64,000 nt of DNA from a virus, in IMG/VR virus record IMGVR_UViG_3300045988_147571, one strand, 5' to 3'. The translations under genes and the position numbers were made by a program. The number at the start of each line of letters is the position of its first letter. The first letter of the stretch is position 1. The notes beneath the pieces are model-generated. The model ran no database searches. It worked only from the letters and a program-made list of their open reading frames with translations, and was not told where the DNA came from. Shown in pieces: positions 30,075-39,887 of the stretch.

Positions 30075-31019
30075 ATGTTACAATTTGAATTTGATGGACA
30101 CAATTCTAATGAATACGGGATTATAGTAACCGCTATTACAGATAATGATAATCTTGAGAGCAGATCTTTGCAGCTAGGAGAAAAGAACCGATATAGAGCA
30201 AGGGAAAATCATTTTGGTGCACTTTATGATGGAAACTACTCTTTTACTCTAAGTATTATGAAAAATCCTTGTAGAACTGTAAATGTTGTGCCAAATTTAG
30301 TAGAAGGAATAGTTAAATATCCAGAACAATGTAGACCTACTATGGAAAACAATATTCTTACTTTCCCATTGGATTATACTCCAGATATTAAACAGGGTAC
30401 AATGCAAATGAATAATACTGATTATTTATCTTCAAGCAATATTCGTATAATAAACAGTTGGCTAACTTCTCCGCAAACCCCAAGACTGTTTAAAATAATT
30501 GGTGGAGACTATTTTTATGAAGAAATAGAATTTTTTGTTACTTTTACAGAAATTAATACTGATCATGTGATATTTCCATATGAAATGAACTTTACAGTAA
30601 CTTGTGATAGTCCTTATGGATACACTCCAGAATTTACGCATAGTATCACCTCTTCTTCCACTCTTACAAAAACTCATGTAATTAATAACACTTCTGATTG
30701 CCATGAAGATTATATTTATCCTCTTATCAAAATTTCTCCTAAAAGTCATGGTACTATAACAATCCAAAATGTAACAGATAATAATGGTACAATGAAAATT
30801 GACGCATTGAAGAATGACAATTTTTATATTGATTGTCAGCATTTAAAAATATATGACACAACTAATTCTATTATAAGTTTTGAGAGTCTAGGTGTAAAAG
30901 ATACAGATAATATATACTGGCCTAGATTAGCTTATGGTGAAAATATATTAAAATTTACTGGTGATGCAACATTTGAAATTATTTATAGAGAGCCAAGAAA
31001 GGTAGGTGCGTTCGCATGA
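30075..31019 (+). CDS. distal tail protein Dit (putative)
   Basis: 314-aa ORF immediately after the tape measure gene. The N-terminus MLQFEFDGHNSNEYGIIV resembles siphophage Dit proteins. GAGGTG RBS. Confidence 0.6.
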   Translation: MLQFEFDGHNSNEYGIIVTAITDNDNLESRSLQLGEKNRYRARENHFGALYDGNYSFTLSIMKNPCRTVNVVPNLVEGIVKYPEQCRPTMENNILTFPLDYTPDIKQGTMQMNNTDYLSSSNIRIINSWLTSPQTPRLFKIIGGDYFYEEIEFFVTFTEINTDHVIFPYEMNFTVTCDSPYGYTPEFTHSITSSSTLTKTHVINNTSDCHEDYIYPLIKISPKSHGTITIQNVTDNNGTMKIDALKNDNFYIDCQHLKIYDTTNSIISFESLGVKDTDNIYWPRLAYGENILKFTGDATFEIIYREPRKVGAFA

Positions 31020-34000
31020 AAATAAACCATAAATATGATGTTTATGGACGCACTGAGCCTTCAATTATATATTTAGCCAAACCAGGCAAAAGATTATTCT
31101 GTGCTCTTGGTGGAATTGACAGTTCTACTGTCTCACTATCATTAAAAACAAATAATACAGCAGAGCTAACATTCACAGTAGATAAGTATATAAATAATGC
31201 CCTTACTGATGGATATGAAGAATTAGATGAATTGATGGAATTATACTGTGATGGAATTTGGTTCAAAATTGTAGATCCGCCCACGATTAGCAACAATGGA
31301 ATGCGTGAAACCAAAGAAATCACTGCTGAATCTTATGAGATTATGCTTACCCAGTATAAATTGAAAAACTTTAAAATCAATATGGGTGAAGAAGATTCAT
31401 ATGAAATGATGTATCAAGCTACTCATGACAAAAGCAAGTTTTATCAAATTAAATTCTACGACCCAGACAATGAAGATTTAAGTTTTCTTCATTTAGTCTT
31501 AAAACATGCAGATGTTCCTGGATGGAAAATAGGATATGTAGATAATATTACTCCTGATGATGACGGAAAACTACTTCCTAATAATATTTGTAACTTTGAA
31601 GTAGACGACCAGAATGTGTATGCATTTTTAACTCAAGAAGCTGCTCAAGGTTATAAGTGTGTATTTGAATTTGATACTGTCAATATGACTATAAATGTTT
31701 ATAGACCTGACAGCTTAGGAAAAGATACAAATGTAGTCTTGGGATTTAGGAATATACAAAATAGCGTAACCATTTCCAGAGATGAAAATTTAGTTACACA
31801 ATTTTATGTTGAAGGCTTAGATGATTATAATATTGATGCAGTCAATTTTGGTGATTCTGTAATTACTGATCTTTCCTATTTTATACGTGAGCCTTACATG
31901 GATACTTCACTACAAGAAAAATATAATGCATGGCAAAGCTACCGGGAGTCCCGCAGAGAAGAGTTTATTAATTTATCCAAAGAATATAATAAAAATCTGG
32001 AAGTTCTTACTGAATTAATGAATAGAGTCCCAATTGATACTGCTCAAACAAATTGGTTCGGGAAAAAAGTTGAAGATTTAAAAGATGCATATAATGCTAA
32101 CATGGCAATCATTAAGGGTTTAGAAGCTCTATATGTTGACGATGAAAAGAATTTTGATTTAGAAGCTTTAAAAAAGTCACATGATTGGCCTTTATATGAA
32201 TCAATTATGAACTACACTCTTCCATCTATTGTGGCTGCATTACAAGCTCAAGACGAAACCGTAGAAGGATTCGGTAAAGGAAATATTATTTCATGTGTAA
32301 ATCCGATTGTATTGGGCCAAGATTGGTATATGGTAAACCCTGGAACTTCTTCTTTTCAAACTATACAAATTGATGATGCTCCTGCTTATGGAATCACTCG
32401 TGGAGTTAAAGTAACTGGTACTAATGGAGGAATTTATCAACACAATATTAGTATTGAACCATCTCAGAGATATACTCTTAGTTGTTTTGTAAAAGGATCC
32501 GGTACATTTTATCTTGGTTATAATAACACCGGAGAGGACAGAAAGAATATTTCTTATAACATCACATCTTCTTGGACCAGAGTTTATACTTCTTTCAATC
32601 TTTCTTCTCGTTTAATTGATGTAGCATTCACTGGAACTAATGATTTCACTATATGCGGTATGCAATTAGAGATGGGCGATTCACCTAGCCAGTTTGGGTA
32701 TTTCACGCAATCTGAAAATATTATAAAAGCTTATGAGACTGATTGGAAGTTATACGGAATCTCAGAATTAAAAGTAAAGATTTCAACTTACGATAGCTGT
32801 ATTAAAGAATTAAAAAAGAGTGGTTATGCAGATGGGTATAATCCTTTATCTGGATATGAAGAAGCATATTTTACTCAGATGCATCAAAAATATCTGGATT
32901 ATCTGAATTTAAAAGATCAGGCTGAGGCTGCTTTAAAAGAACGCCAGGCTGAATATGATAAGGCTAAGAAACCTGAAATTCAAGAGAAACGAAATCAGAT
33001 TGCAAAAGATGTATTACTTGAAAATTTTGGTAAAATACAGAACAAATATTCAGCATTTACTGATAAAGAAACATATATTATTAAGAGTTTATATAGCCAA
33101 TCCACTTATACAAATGAAAATATTATTGTTACTACTCTTGACAGTACTGCTGATGCCGTAGATAAGTCTAAAGTTCTTTATGATGATGCATTGGAAGAAT
33201 TGTATGTGGAATCACATCCACAATATACATATACTGATGATGTAGAGAATGTATACGCTCTTCCAGAGTTTAAGGAGTACCATGAACAGCTTGCAGTAAA
33301 TGATTTTGTACGTGTAGGAATCACTGATACTAATTATATTAAACTAAGAGTAATTGAGATCACATATAATCCTTGTGATTTAGATGAATCTATGGAAATT
33401 ACTTTTAGCAATATGATTCAGTACAAAGCTAAAAGGAATGATTATAATACTCTTTTAAACGATGCTCTTAATACTTCCAACCGTAATGGTGGTCGTGTTA
33501 ATTCAGTCAACAAATCTACTACTTCTGACTATGTAATCACTTCTGATGCTATTAAGCAGATTTTCTCAAATCCTCTCTTCAATTCAATGTTAGGTGGAGC
33601 TACTACCGGAGGAACTGGATCAGGAGGCACTATTACTGCTGGTATGATCGTTGCAGAACTCGTGAAAGCAAAAGAAGGTGTATTTGATAAGCTTACTGTT
33701 GATACTGCTTTCATGAAATATCTCGATGTAAAACTTGTTTCCGCAGATAAGATTACAACTCGTATTCTCGAAGCGGAACAGGCAAATATTGAAAAGCTGT
33801 CAGCTAAGATTATAGAATCTAATCAGATTAATGCTGATATGATCAATGTGAAAAATCTCCTGGCAGGAAATGCTGGTGTAGGTAATCTCCAGGCAGTACA
33901 TCTTACTGCTCAGAATGTAACTATTGACCAAGCAGTAATCACGGATCTTATTGCTAAGAAGATGACTGTAGCTGACTTAAATACTCATACTGCTACTGCT

Positions 34001-37000
34001 GATGAGTTTATGATCATCTCTAGTGGAAAAGCTGGTATTGCCTTTAAGAATAGCACTCAGCAGTTCTATGATTCAACAGGAGCTGTTAGGGTACAGATTG
34101 GTCAGGATGGTACCGGAAAGTTTAATTTTGTTGTCAAGAACGGTGATAAGACAGCATTATTTGATGAAAATGGTATCACTCAAACAGGTATTCCTGATAA
34201 CACTATTGTCAATAATATGATCTCTGATGGAACAATCAATAAAGAAAAACTAAGTTTTACTATGGTAGAACCGAATGAACAAGGTGGAATTGATATCAGT
34301 CAGGTATACCTTGATGGTAAAAAGTTCGGTCAGCAATATACTTCATTTAAAGACCAGACAACTGAGCAGATTACTAACATTACTGATCCTCAAAAGGGTC
34401 AAATCGTACAGAGTATACAAAACAGTTTGTTTAATGAGGACGGATCATCTATCTATACAAAATATACAGAGTATAAACAAACTGTTGATGGAATTACTCA
34501 GACGGTTTCAAATAATAAGCTTGATACGGACAAAAAGCTTGATGCAGCTTCTACTTCTATAACACAGACTGCTGATAAGTTGAATCTTATTGCTACTGGT
34601 GGGACTGGAGAATCTAAATTAGAGCTGACCCCAGATTTTATAAATCTTGTTTCATCTAAAGTTGTAGGTATTAAAGCAGATCAGATCAATATTGATGGTG
34701 TGATTACAGCAATCAATACCAATGGCACAACTGCAGGTAAGACTCAGATTGATGCTGGAGCTATCAGTACAGAGAATGTTAATGCTCTCTTGATCAAAAC
34801 AGGAAAACTGAAATCTAATAATTATAAAGATCCTTCAAACACTTCTCCTCTTTATTCCCAGGCAGGAACATTGATTGACATGGAGAACGGCGCTATTACT
34901 TCGAAGAACTTTAGTATAGATACTTCAGGGGAAGCTCATTTCAAAGGTAACGGAGAGTTTGGTGGAAAGATTTCTGCTAATTCCGGTTATATTGGTGGCG
35001 AAAAAGGTTTCGTTATTGAAGCTGGAAAATTGTATTCTGGATTAAAAGATTTTCCTACTCAATACCCATCTTCTATTTCAACGAATAAAAATGTATATGT
35101 AGGAATCAATGGCATTGCTCTTGGTGACGGTAATTTTATGGTTGATTCTAACGGTAAGATGTATGCTAATCAAGGTGAGTTTACAGGTAAGATTGCAGCT
35201 AATGATGGATTTATTGGTGGATGGATTATTTCAAGTAATTCTTTAACTGCTAATAATGGAAGCATAAGTATAAGTCCAGATGGTATTCATTGGGGTGATT
35301 ACCTAAACATTAATAGTCAAGGCGCTACATTTAAAGGTCATATTACAGCCACTTCAGGGAGCTTTACGGGAGATGTAATTGCTAATTCACTTACACTTGG
35401 ACCAGGTTCAACTGTTAACGGACTAAGTTATAATGATCTTAACGATAGACCTAATATTCCATCTGATCTTAGTGGGTATATTACTGTTGATGGAAAAATT
35501 GGTATTATTCAAAATGAAGATCAAGAAATACCCTCTGGAGCAACTGGATTTAAAGTATCAAAAAATGGTTTGTTACAAGCAAGTAATGCTATTATTTCTG
35601 GAACTATTTACGCTTCTTCTGGTACTTTCGCCGGAAATGTAACCGCAAGAACAATGACTGCAAAAAGAAGTTATAGCATTTATTATAATGATGTAAACGG
35701 TAACCCTACTGATTCAAGAGAAATCATCTCTGCTACTAATTGGGGACTTACAAGCGGTGATTTAAGATTCGGGCTAAATGATGATTGCGGATATATGATA
35801 TCTACAGATGTTGGTGGCAAGAACACCTTGCGAATAATGGGAGATACTCTCCTTGTTACCGCGCCTATGCAAATACAAAGCAATTGTTTAGTACAAAGTC
35901 AATTTGTTATAGATACTAAAACAGGATCTATTCCTTATCAGAATATGAAATGGACACCATATGAAGTTAATAGTTCTGGAAATCCAATCTATCTTGATTA
36001 TGATAATCAAAAATATTTTTCATATAATGGATATGGACATAATCATACGTTGCTTCCAAATACAGAAGGCGGTTGTGCAATTGGTATTGGTAACGTAGAT
36101 AAGCAAGATGCTGATGTTACCGCTACATGGTGTATTATGCCTTATAATATTTATACTGAAAAAAAAACTGATGAGAATACAAACGGAATCCCGGTTATAA
36201 CAAGTATCAAAAGAGATGCAAGTGCAACTATGAATATTGGTTCTAAAAATAATAAATTTAATTGTTTGTATGTAAACGCAATTCATATGGGTGGACACAC
36301 ATACACATCTTTAAATTCTGGTGGCGGAAAGATTGCTTCTTACAAAGCAACTGCCAGTCAAGTTAATTATAACGATGATCCTAAAGTAGAGACTTCTGTA
36401 AACACTGCCGGAGATACTTTGACATTTAAATTTAGTATCCCTAAGGGAAAAGACGGAACCAATGGTATAGATGGTGCTCGTGGTCCGAGAGGATATCAAG
36501 GAGATCCTGGACCAGCTGGACCACGGGGAGAAAAAGGTGAACCTGGTTCAAGCGGGATTTTTGATAGCTCTCAAGGTGGAATTGGAGCAAGTTATAATGG
36601 AACTCATAAAATTTTACCAAAATTAAATGGTTCGTGGACTAAAAATGTAATTAATTTAGGATCATCTAATTATCTATTTGCATCTGTTTGGGTTAATGGA
36701 GGTACTTGCAGTGGCTCTGATAGAAATATTAAAGAAGAAATTAATCTATATCATGAAAATATAGAAAAAGCATATATGGAATTTCAACCTGTATCATACA
36801 AATTTAAAAATTTCGTTAGTACAGATAGCCATGATAGAATCCATTATGGATTGATTGCACAAGATGTAGAAGATACTTTGCACAAATATAATATCACGAA
36901 TGAAGAGGCTGGTTTTTTATTAATTGATTATCTTGATAAGCCAAACGAGGCAGGGAAATTAGTAAATTATGGACTTAGATATGGCGAATTTATTCCACTT

Positions 37001-37168
37001 AATATGCATATGACACAGAAAGCTCATCGCAGAATAGACTCTCTTGAAGAACAAAACACATCTCTCAAATCTGAGAATCAATCCCTTAGAAACGAAATTC
37101 TTATGCTCCAGGGACAACTATCTCTTATAAATCAACGATTACAAAAATTGGAGGAAAAGGCATGTTAA
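31016..37168 (+). CDS. tail-associated protein Tal / tail fibre with CBM-like insert, collagen-like stretch and S74 chaperone domain
   Basis: 2050 aa, ATGA-coupled to Dit. CBM-like segment (..YTLSCFVKGSGTFYLGY..WTRVYTSF..). 12 G-X-Y triplets (GKDGTNGIDGARGPRGYQGDPGPAGPRGEKGEPGSSG). C-terminal GSDRNIKEEI..HYGLIAQDVE.. is typical of the peptidase S74 intramolecular chaperone auto-processing domain. Confidence 0.7.
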   Translation: MKINHKYDVYGRTEPSIIYLAKPGKRLFCALGGIDSSTVSLSLKTNNTAELTFTVDKYINNALTDGYEELDELMELYCDGIWFKIVDPPTISNNGMRETKEITAESYEIMLTQYKLKNFKINMGEEDSYEMMYQATHDKSKFYQIKFYDPDNEDLSFLHLVLKHADVPGWKIGYVDNITPDDDGKLLPNNICNFEVDDQNVYAFLTQEAAQGYKCVFEFDTVNMTINVYRPDSLGKDTNVVLGFRNIQNSVTISRDENLVTQFYVEGLDDYNIDAVNFGDSVITDLSYFIREPYMDTSLQEKYNAWQSYRESRREEFINLSKEYNKNLEVLTELMNRVPIDTAQTNWFGKKVEDLKDAYNANMAIIKGLEALYVDDEKNFDLEALKKSHDWPLYESIMNYTLPSIVAALQAQDETVEGFGKGNIISCVNPIVLGQDWYMVNPGTSSFQTIQIDDAPAYGITRGVKVTGTNGGIYQHNISIEPSQRYTLSCFVKGSGTFYLGYNNTGEDRKNISYNITSSWTRVYTSFNLSSRLIDVAFTGTNDFTICGMQLEMGDSPSQFGYFTQSENIIKAYETDWKLYGISELKVKISTYDSCIKELKKSGYADGYNPLSGYEEAYFTQMHQKYLDYLNLKDQAEAALKERQAEYDKAKKPEIQEKRNQIAKDVLLENFGKIQNKYSAFTDKETYIIKSLYSQSTYTNENIIVTTLDSTADAVDKSKVLYDDALEELYVESHPQYTYTDDVENVYALPEFKEYHEQLAVNDFVRVGITDTNYIKLRVIEITYNPCDLDESMEITFSNMIQYKAKRNDYNTLLNDALNTSNRNGGRVNSVNKSTTSDYVITSDAIKQIFSNPLFNSMLGGATTGGTGSGGTITAGMIVAELVKAKEGVFDKLTVDTAFMKYLDVKLVSADKITTRILEAEQANIEKLSAKIIESNQINADMINVKNLLAGNAGVGNLQAVHLTAQNVTIDQAVITDLIAKKMTVADLNTHTATADEFMIISSGKAGIAFKNSTQQFYDSTGAVRVQIGQDGTGKFNFVVKNGDKTALFDENGITQTGIPDNTIVNNMISDGTINKEKLSFTMVEPNEQGGIDISQVYLDGKKFGQQYTSFKDQTTEQITNITDPQKGQIVQSIQNSLFNEDGSSIYTKYTEYKQTVDGITQTVSNNKLDTDKKLDAASTSITQTADKLNLIATGGTGESKLELTPDFINLVSSKVVGIKADQINIDGVITAINTNGTTAGKTQIDAGAISTENVNALLIKTGKLKSNNYKDPSNTSPLYSQAGTLIDMENGAITSKNFSIDTSGEAHFKGNGEFGGKISANSGYIGGEKGFVIEAGKLYSGLKDFPTQYPSSISTNKNVYVGINGIALGDGNFMVDSNGKMYANQGEFTGKIAANDGFIGGWIISSNSLTANNGSISISPDGIHWGDYLNINSQGATFKGHITATSGSFTGDVIANSLTLGPGSTVNGLSYNDLNDRPNIPSDLSGYITVDGKIGIIQNEDQEIPSGATGFKVSKNGLLQASNAIISGTIYASSGTFAGNVTARTMTAKRSYSIYYNDVNGNPTDSREIISATNWGLTSGDLRFGLNDDCGYMISTDVGGKNTLRIMGDTLLVTAPMQIQSNCLVQSQFVIDTKTGSIPYQNMKWTPYEVNSSGNPIYLDYDNQKYFSYNGYGHNHTLLPNTEGGCAIGIGNVDKQDADVTATWCIMPYNIYTEKKTDENTNGIPVITSIKRDASATMNIGSKNNKFNCLYVNAIHMGGHTYTSLNSGGGKIASYKATASQVNYNDDPKVETSVNTAGDTLTFKFSIPKGKDGTNGIDGARGPRGYQGDPGPAGPRGEKGEPGSSGIFDSSQGGIGASYNGTHKILPKLNGSWTKNVINLGSSNYLFASVWVNGGTCSGSDRNIKEEINLYHENIEKAYMEFQPVSYKFKNFVSTDSHDRIHYGLIAQDVEDTLHKYNITNEEAGFLLIDYLDKPNEAGKLVNYGLRYGEFIPLNMHMTQKAHRRIDSLEEQNTSLKSENQSLRNEILMLQGQLSLINQRLQKLEEKAC

Positions 37169-37386
37169 AAATTAGTGAAACAAGAAATGTATCCGGTCAG
37201 GTTATGATCGGTTCTGACGAAAATGCAAAACAGGTTGCTTATCTTAATGCTTCTGTTAGCAAGGATGGCAATGTAAATATCAATAAATCTATTCAAGATA
37301 GCGAAACATTTAAAACAAATAAAGAAGCTGTGCTGAAAGATTTTACAGAGTTTGAAACATACGTATATGGAATTATTCCTGAATAA
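37162..37386 (+). CDS. hypothetical small protein
   Basis: 74-aa ORF overlapping the Tal stop. Confidence 0.4.
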   Translation: MLKISETRNVSGQVMIGSDENAKQVAYLNASVSKDGNVNINKSIQDSETFKTNKEAVLKDFTEFETYVYGIIPE

Positions 37387-37389
37387 ATA

Positions 37390-37415
37390 AGAGGCCTGAG
37401 CAATCAGGTCTTTTA
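37390..37415 (+). terminator. intrinsic terminator (weak)
   Basis: Stem around CCTGA/TCAGG that extends with G.U pairs, a 4-nt loop and a T-run. Confidence 0.4.
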
Positions 37416-37428
37416 TTATACAAAGAAG

Positions 37429-37812
37429 GTGAAATATTTGACCAGTCGAGAATATGAACTTGAATTAAAGAAAATCAAAGCAAAAAATCGACAGATTGAA
37501 ATGAAACGAAATCTGAAGGCGGCAAAAGTTAAAAGATTCAATATTCCAAGAGTCTCTACAAGTAAATTAATACTTGTCGCTGTACTTTTACTTAATCTAC
37601 AGATTATTCATTTTGTAGAAAAAGCAATTATGACCTATGGAGATTTATCTGCTCTCTACGCTCTCATTGCTATCCCAGCAACACTCGTCCCTACAGTTTG
37701 GGCTTATTATGCAAAGGCTCGTGCAGAAAACTGCACAGGAGGCATTACTTATGATTCTGCAATGGAACAACTTAGACAGCAAGACTCTTCAGATGATGAA
37801 GCAGTCGGTTAG
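37429..37812 (+). CDS. membrane protein (two predicted TM helices), holin candidate
   Basis: GTG start. Hydrophobic segments LILVAVLLLNLQIIHFV and LYALIAIPATLVPTVWAYY. Confidence 0.4.
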   Translation: MKYLTSREYELELKKIKAKNRQIEMKRNLKAAKVKRFNIPRVSTSKLILVAVLLLNLQIIHFVEKAIMTYGDLSALYALIAIPATLVPTVWAYYAKARAENCTGGITYDSAMEQLRQQDSSDDEAVG

Positions 37813-37823
37813 GAGGAAAAATT

Positions 37824-38222
37824 ATGGACATTAAACAGGGTATTCAGGATGTATTATATCTGATCATTACTGGTATTCTCCCACTTCTTATTACATATGG
37901 AGTCCTTTTTCTTAAAGTAAAGATCAAGGAACAGGAGAAACAGCTTGAGAATGATCAGCTCGTAAAATATATTGATGCTGCTACTGATGCTATCAGTAAA
38001 GCTGTACTTACAGTAAATCAGACGTATGTAGATTCATTGAAGAAACAAGGTAAGTTTGATGAAGCGGCGGCTAAAACAGCAAAACAGATGGCAATTGATA
38101 AAGCTAAGGCTCTTATTACGGAGAATTCAAAAAAAGCCATCGAAACATTGTATTCTGACTTTGAAGCATATCTCAATGATGCTATAGAAGAACTTGTCAG
38201 AGAAAATAAATTTACAGTTTAA
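37824..38222 (+). CDS. holin-like membrane protein (LL-H-type architecture)
   Basis: GGAGG RBS. One N-terminal TM helix (VLYLIITGILPLLITYGVLFL) followed by an amphipathic Lys/Ala-rich helical tail ending ..AIEELV. This resembles Holin_LLH proteins. Confidence 0.4.
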   Translation: MDIKQGIQDVLYLIITGILPLLITYGVLFLKVKIKEQEKQLENDQLVKYIDAATDAISKAVLTVNQTYVDSLKKQGKFDEAAAKTAKQMAIDKAKALITENSKKAIETLYSDFEAYLNDAIEELVRENKFTV

Positions 38223-38243
38223 ATAAAAAGGAGAACAAGGATT

Positions 38244-38681
38244 ATGAAGAAAACTATCGTAAATGCAGACGTTGTGGCTATGTATAAAACATTAAATACT
38301 ATGAAAAGTCGTTCAGATATTGTGCCAGGAGATGTTGACGTATTCTGGGCTAATACAATGAATCTGAAAACATTAAAAGCGCAGGCAGATAAGATTGCTG
38401 AGTTCGAACAGGAGCTTATTAACTCCTTTTTTACAGAAGAAAACTCTCATGTTGTTACAGATGAAAGTGGTAATGAAACTGGACGTGCTCTTAACGATGA
38501 TATAAAAGACACTGTTGTCCCTGAGATTCAGGAAGGTCTGCAGAAAATTTATGATAAGACTTGCGAGCTTGATATCGAGATGATTCCTAAAGAGTCTCTT
38601 AAGAAGATGCTCAAAGCAAATGAAGATAAGCTGTCAATGCTCGACATGACAGTAATGTACAATTTTGTAGAAGGTGAATAA
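38244..38681 (+). CDS. hypothetical protein
   Basis: 145-aa ORF with AAGGAG RBS. Confidence 0.45.
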   Translation: MKKTIVNADVVAMYKTLNTMKSRSDIVPGDVDVFWANTMNLKTLKAQADKIAEFEQELINSFFTEENSHVVTDESGNETGRALNDDIKDTVVPEIQEGLQKIYDKTCELDIEMIPKESLKKMLKANEDKLSMLDMTVMYNFVEGE

Positions 38682-38683
38682 TA

Positions 38684-39151
38684 ATGGCAACATACATTCA
38701 GGGAATCCAAACCTCTGTTGGTGTTGTTAAGTATGATTATAATTATTTGGCGAATCTCCCTGAATCAGATGCAACATTATCTAAACAGGGAGGATTTGCT
38801 GATGCTCTTATTGTAGGAAGAAAATTTGTTCAGTTAGGTGCTGATGTTGATAAATTGAAAGAATCTATGACTAATGCACAGAAAGCAATATCAGATCTTC
38901 AGACTGCAGATGGTTCTACCAATACAGCTATAGAACAAATTAATACATCATTACTTGACATTACTAACAGTATTGAAACTATTCAGAGCAATATCACATC
39001 TCTGCAGAGCAGTGTTAATACACTAAACAAAAATGCTACAGAGATTAAAAATACTGCGAATACTGCTAACACTGCAGTTACCGCTTTACAGAAAACTGTC
39101 TCTTCTCTTCAGACAAGAATTGAGACATTAGAAAAAGCCCAGACTAAATAA
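38684..39151 (+). CDS. coiled-coil structural protein
   Basis: 155 aa with heptad-like Thr/Asn/Ser/Leu repeats (..ITNSIETIQSNITSLQSSVNTLNKNATEIKNTANTANTAVTALQKTVSSLQ..). Confidence 0.45.
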   Translation: MATYIQGIQTSVGVVKYDYNYLANLPESDATLSKQGGFADALIVGRKFVQLGADVDKLKESMTNAQKAISDLQTADGSTNTAIEQINTSLLDITNSIETIQSNITSLQSSVNTLNKNATEIKNTANTANTAVTALQKTVSSLQTRIETLEKAQTK

Positions 39152-39165
39152 GAAAGGAGGATGTT

Positions 39166-39873
39166 ATGTATACACTAAAAATTTCAGATGATAATACCGT
39201 TACTACTACGGTAAAAGAAACTCTTATTGAAAGAAGCAATTATGTAGATAGAATTCAGATCGTGACAAATAAATTATACAGAGAACAGATCGATATGTCT
39301 GATACTACTGTTTATATGAAATATAAGCTTCCGGTATCAAATAAGATCAAAATGACACAGCTCACTGTAAATGATCTTGAATATGAAACAAACTACATAC
39401 AGTATCTGATTCCTGTTGATGCAGGATTAACAGCCGAAGCTGGAGATATTGAAGTATCATTCACATTTCTGAAACTTGTTGCTAATGACGACGGAACTTA
39501 CACTTCTTATATTCGAAAGACCACATCTGGTGTTATTCATATTACTCCACTTACACAATTTGATAAATATGAACCTTCTGAGATGTTCACTGAAATTGAT
39601 CAGAGACTGCTTGCAATAGAAGGATACATAAAAGATCTGGATGCTCTTAACAAGGCGACATATGAAAATGCAGTAAAAGATATTCGTCTTGATACAGAAA
39701 AAAGAAAAGTAACTTTAACAAATAATGATGGTGAGGATACCGGTGAAGGTATTGCTATGACAGATCTTTCTAAGATGGTTGGCGAAGACCTCACAGGAAA
39801 AGATCCTGATGGAGTTCAGGATGGTGTCGTACATCTCGATCAGGTTATTGACCTGGATAAATTACTAATGTAA
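39166..39873 (+). CDS. baseplate protein with BppU-like Ig domain (tentative)
   Basis: AAGGAGG RBS, 235 aa. The segment ..LTAEAGDIEVSFTFLK.. is echoed in the N-terminus of the next gene (..VTASAGDIIFEITA..). Confidence 0.35.
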   Translation: MYTLKISDDNTVTTTVKETLIERSNYVDRIQIVTNKLYREQIDMSDTTVYMKYKLPVSNKIKMTQLTVNDLEYETNYIQYLIPVDAGLTAEAGDIEVSFTFLKLVANDDGTYTSYIRKTTSGVIHITPLTQFDKYEPSEMFTEIDQRLLAIEGYIKDLDALNKATYENAVKDIRLDTEKRKVTLTNNDGEDTGEGIAMTDLSKMVGEDLTGKDPDGVQDGVVHLDQVIDLDKLLM

Positions 39874-39887
39874 AGGAGTCATGTATT

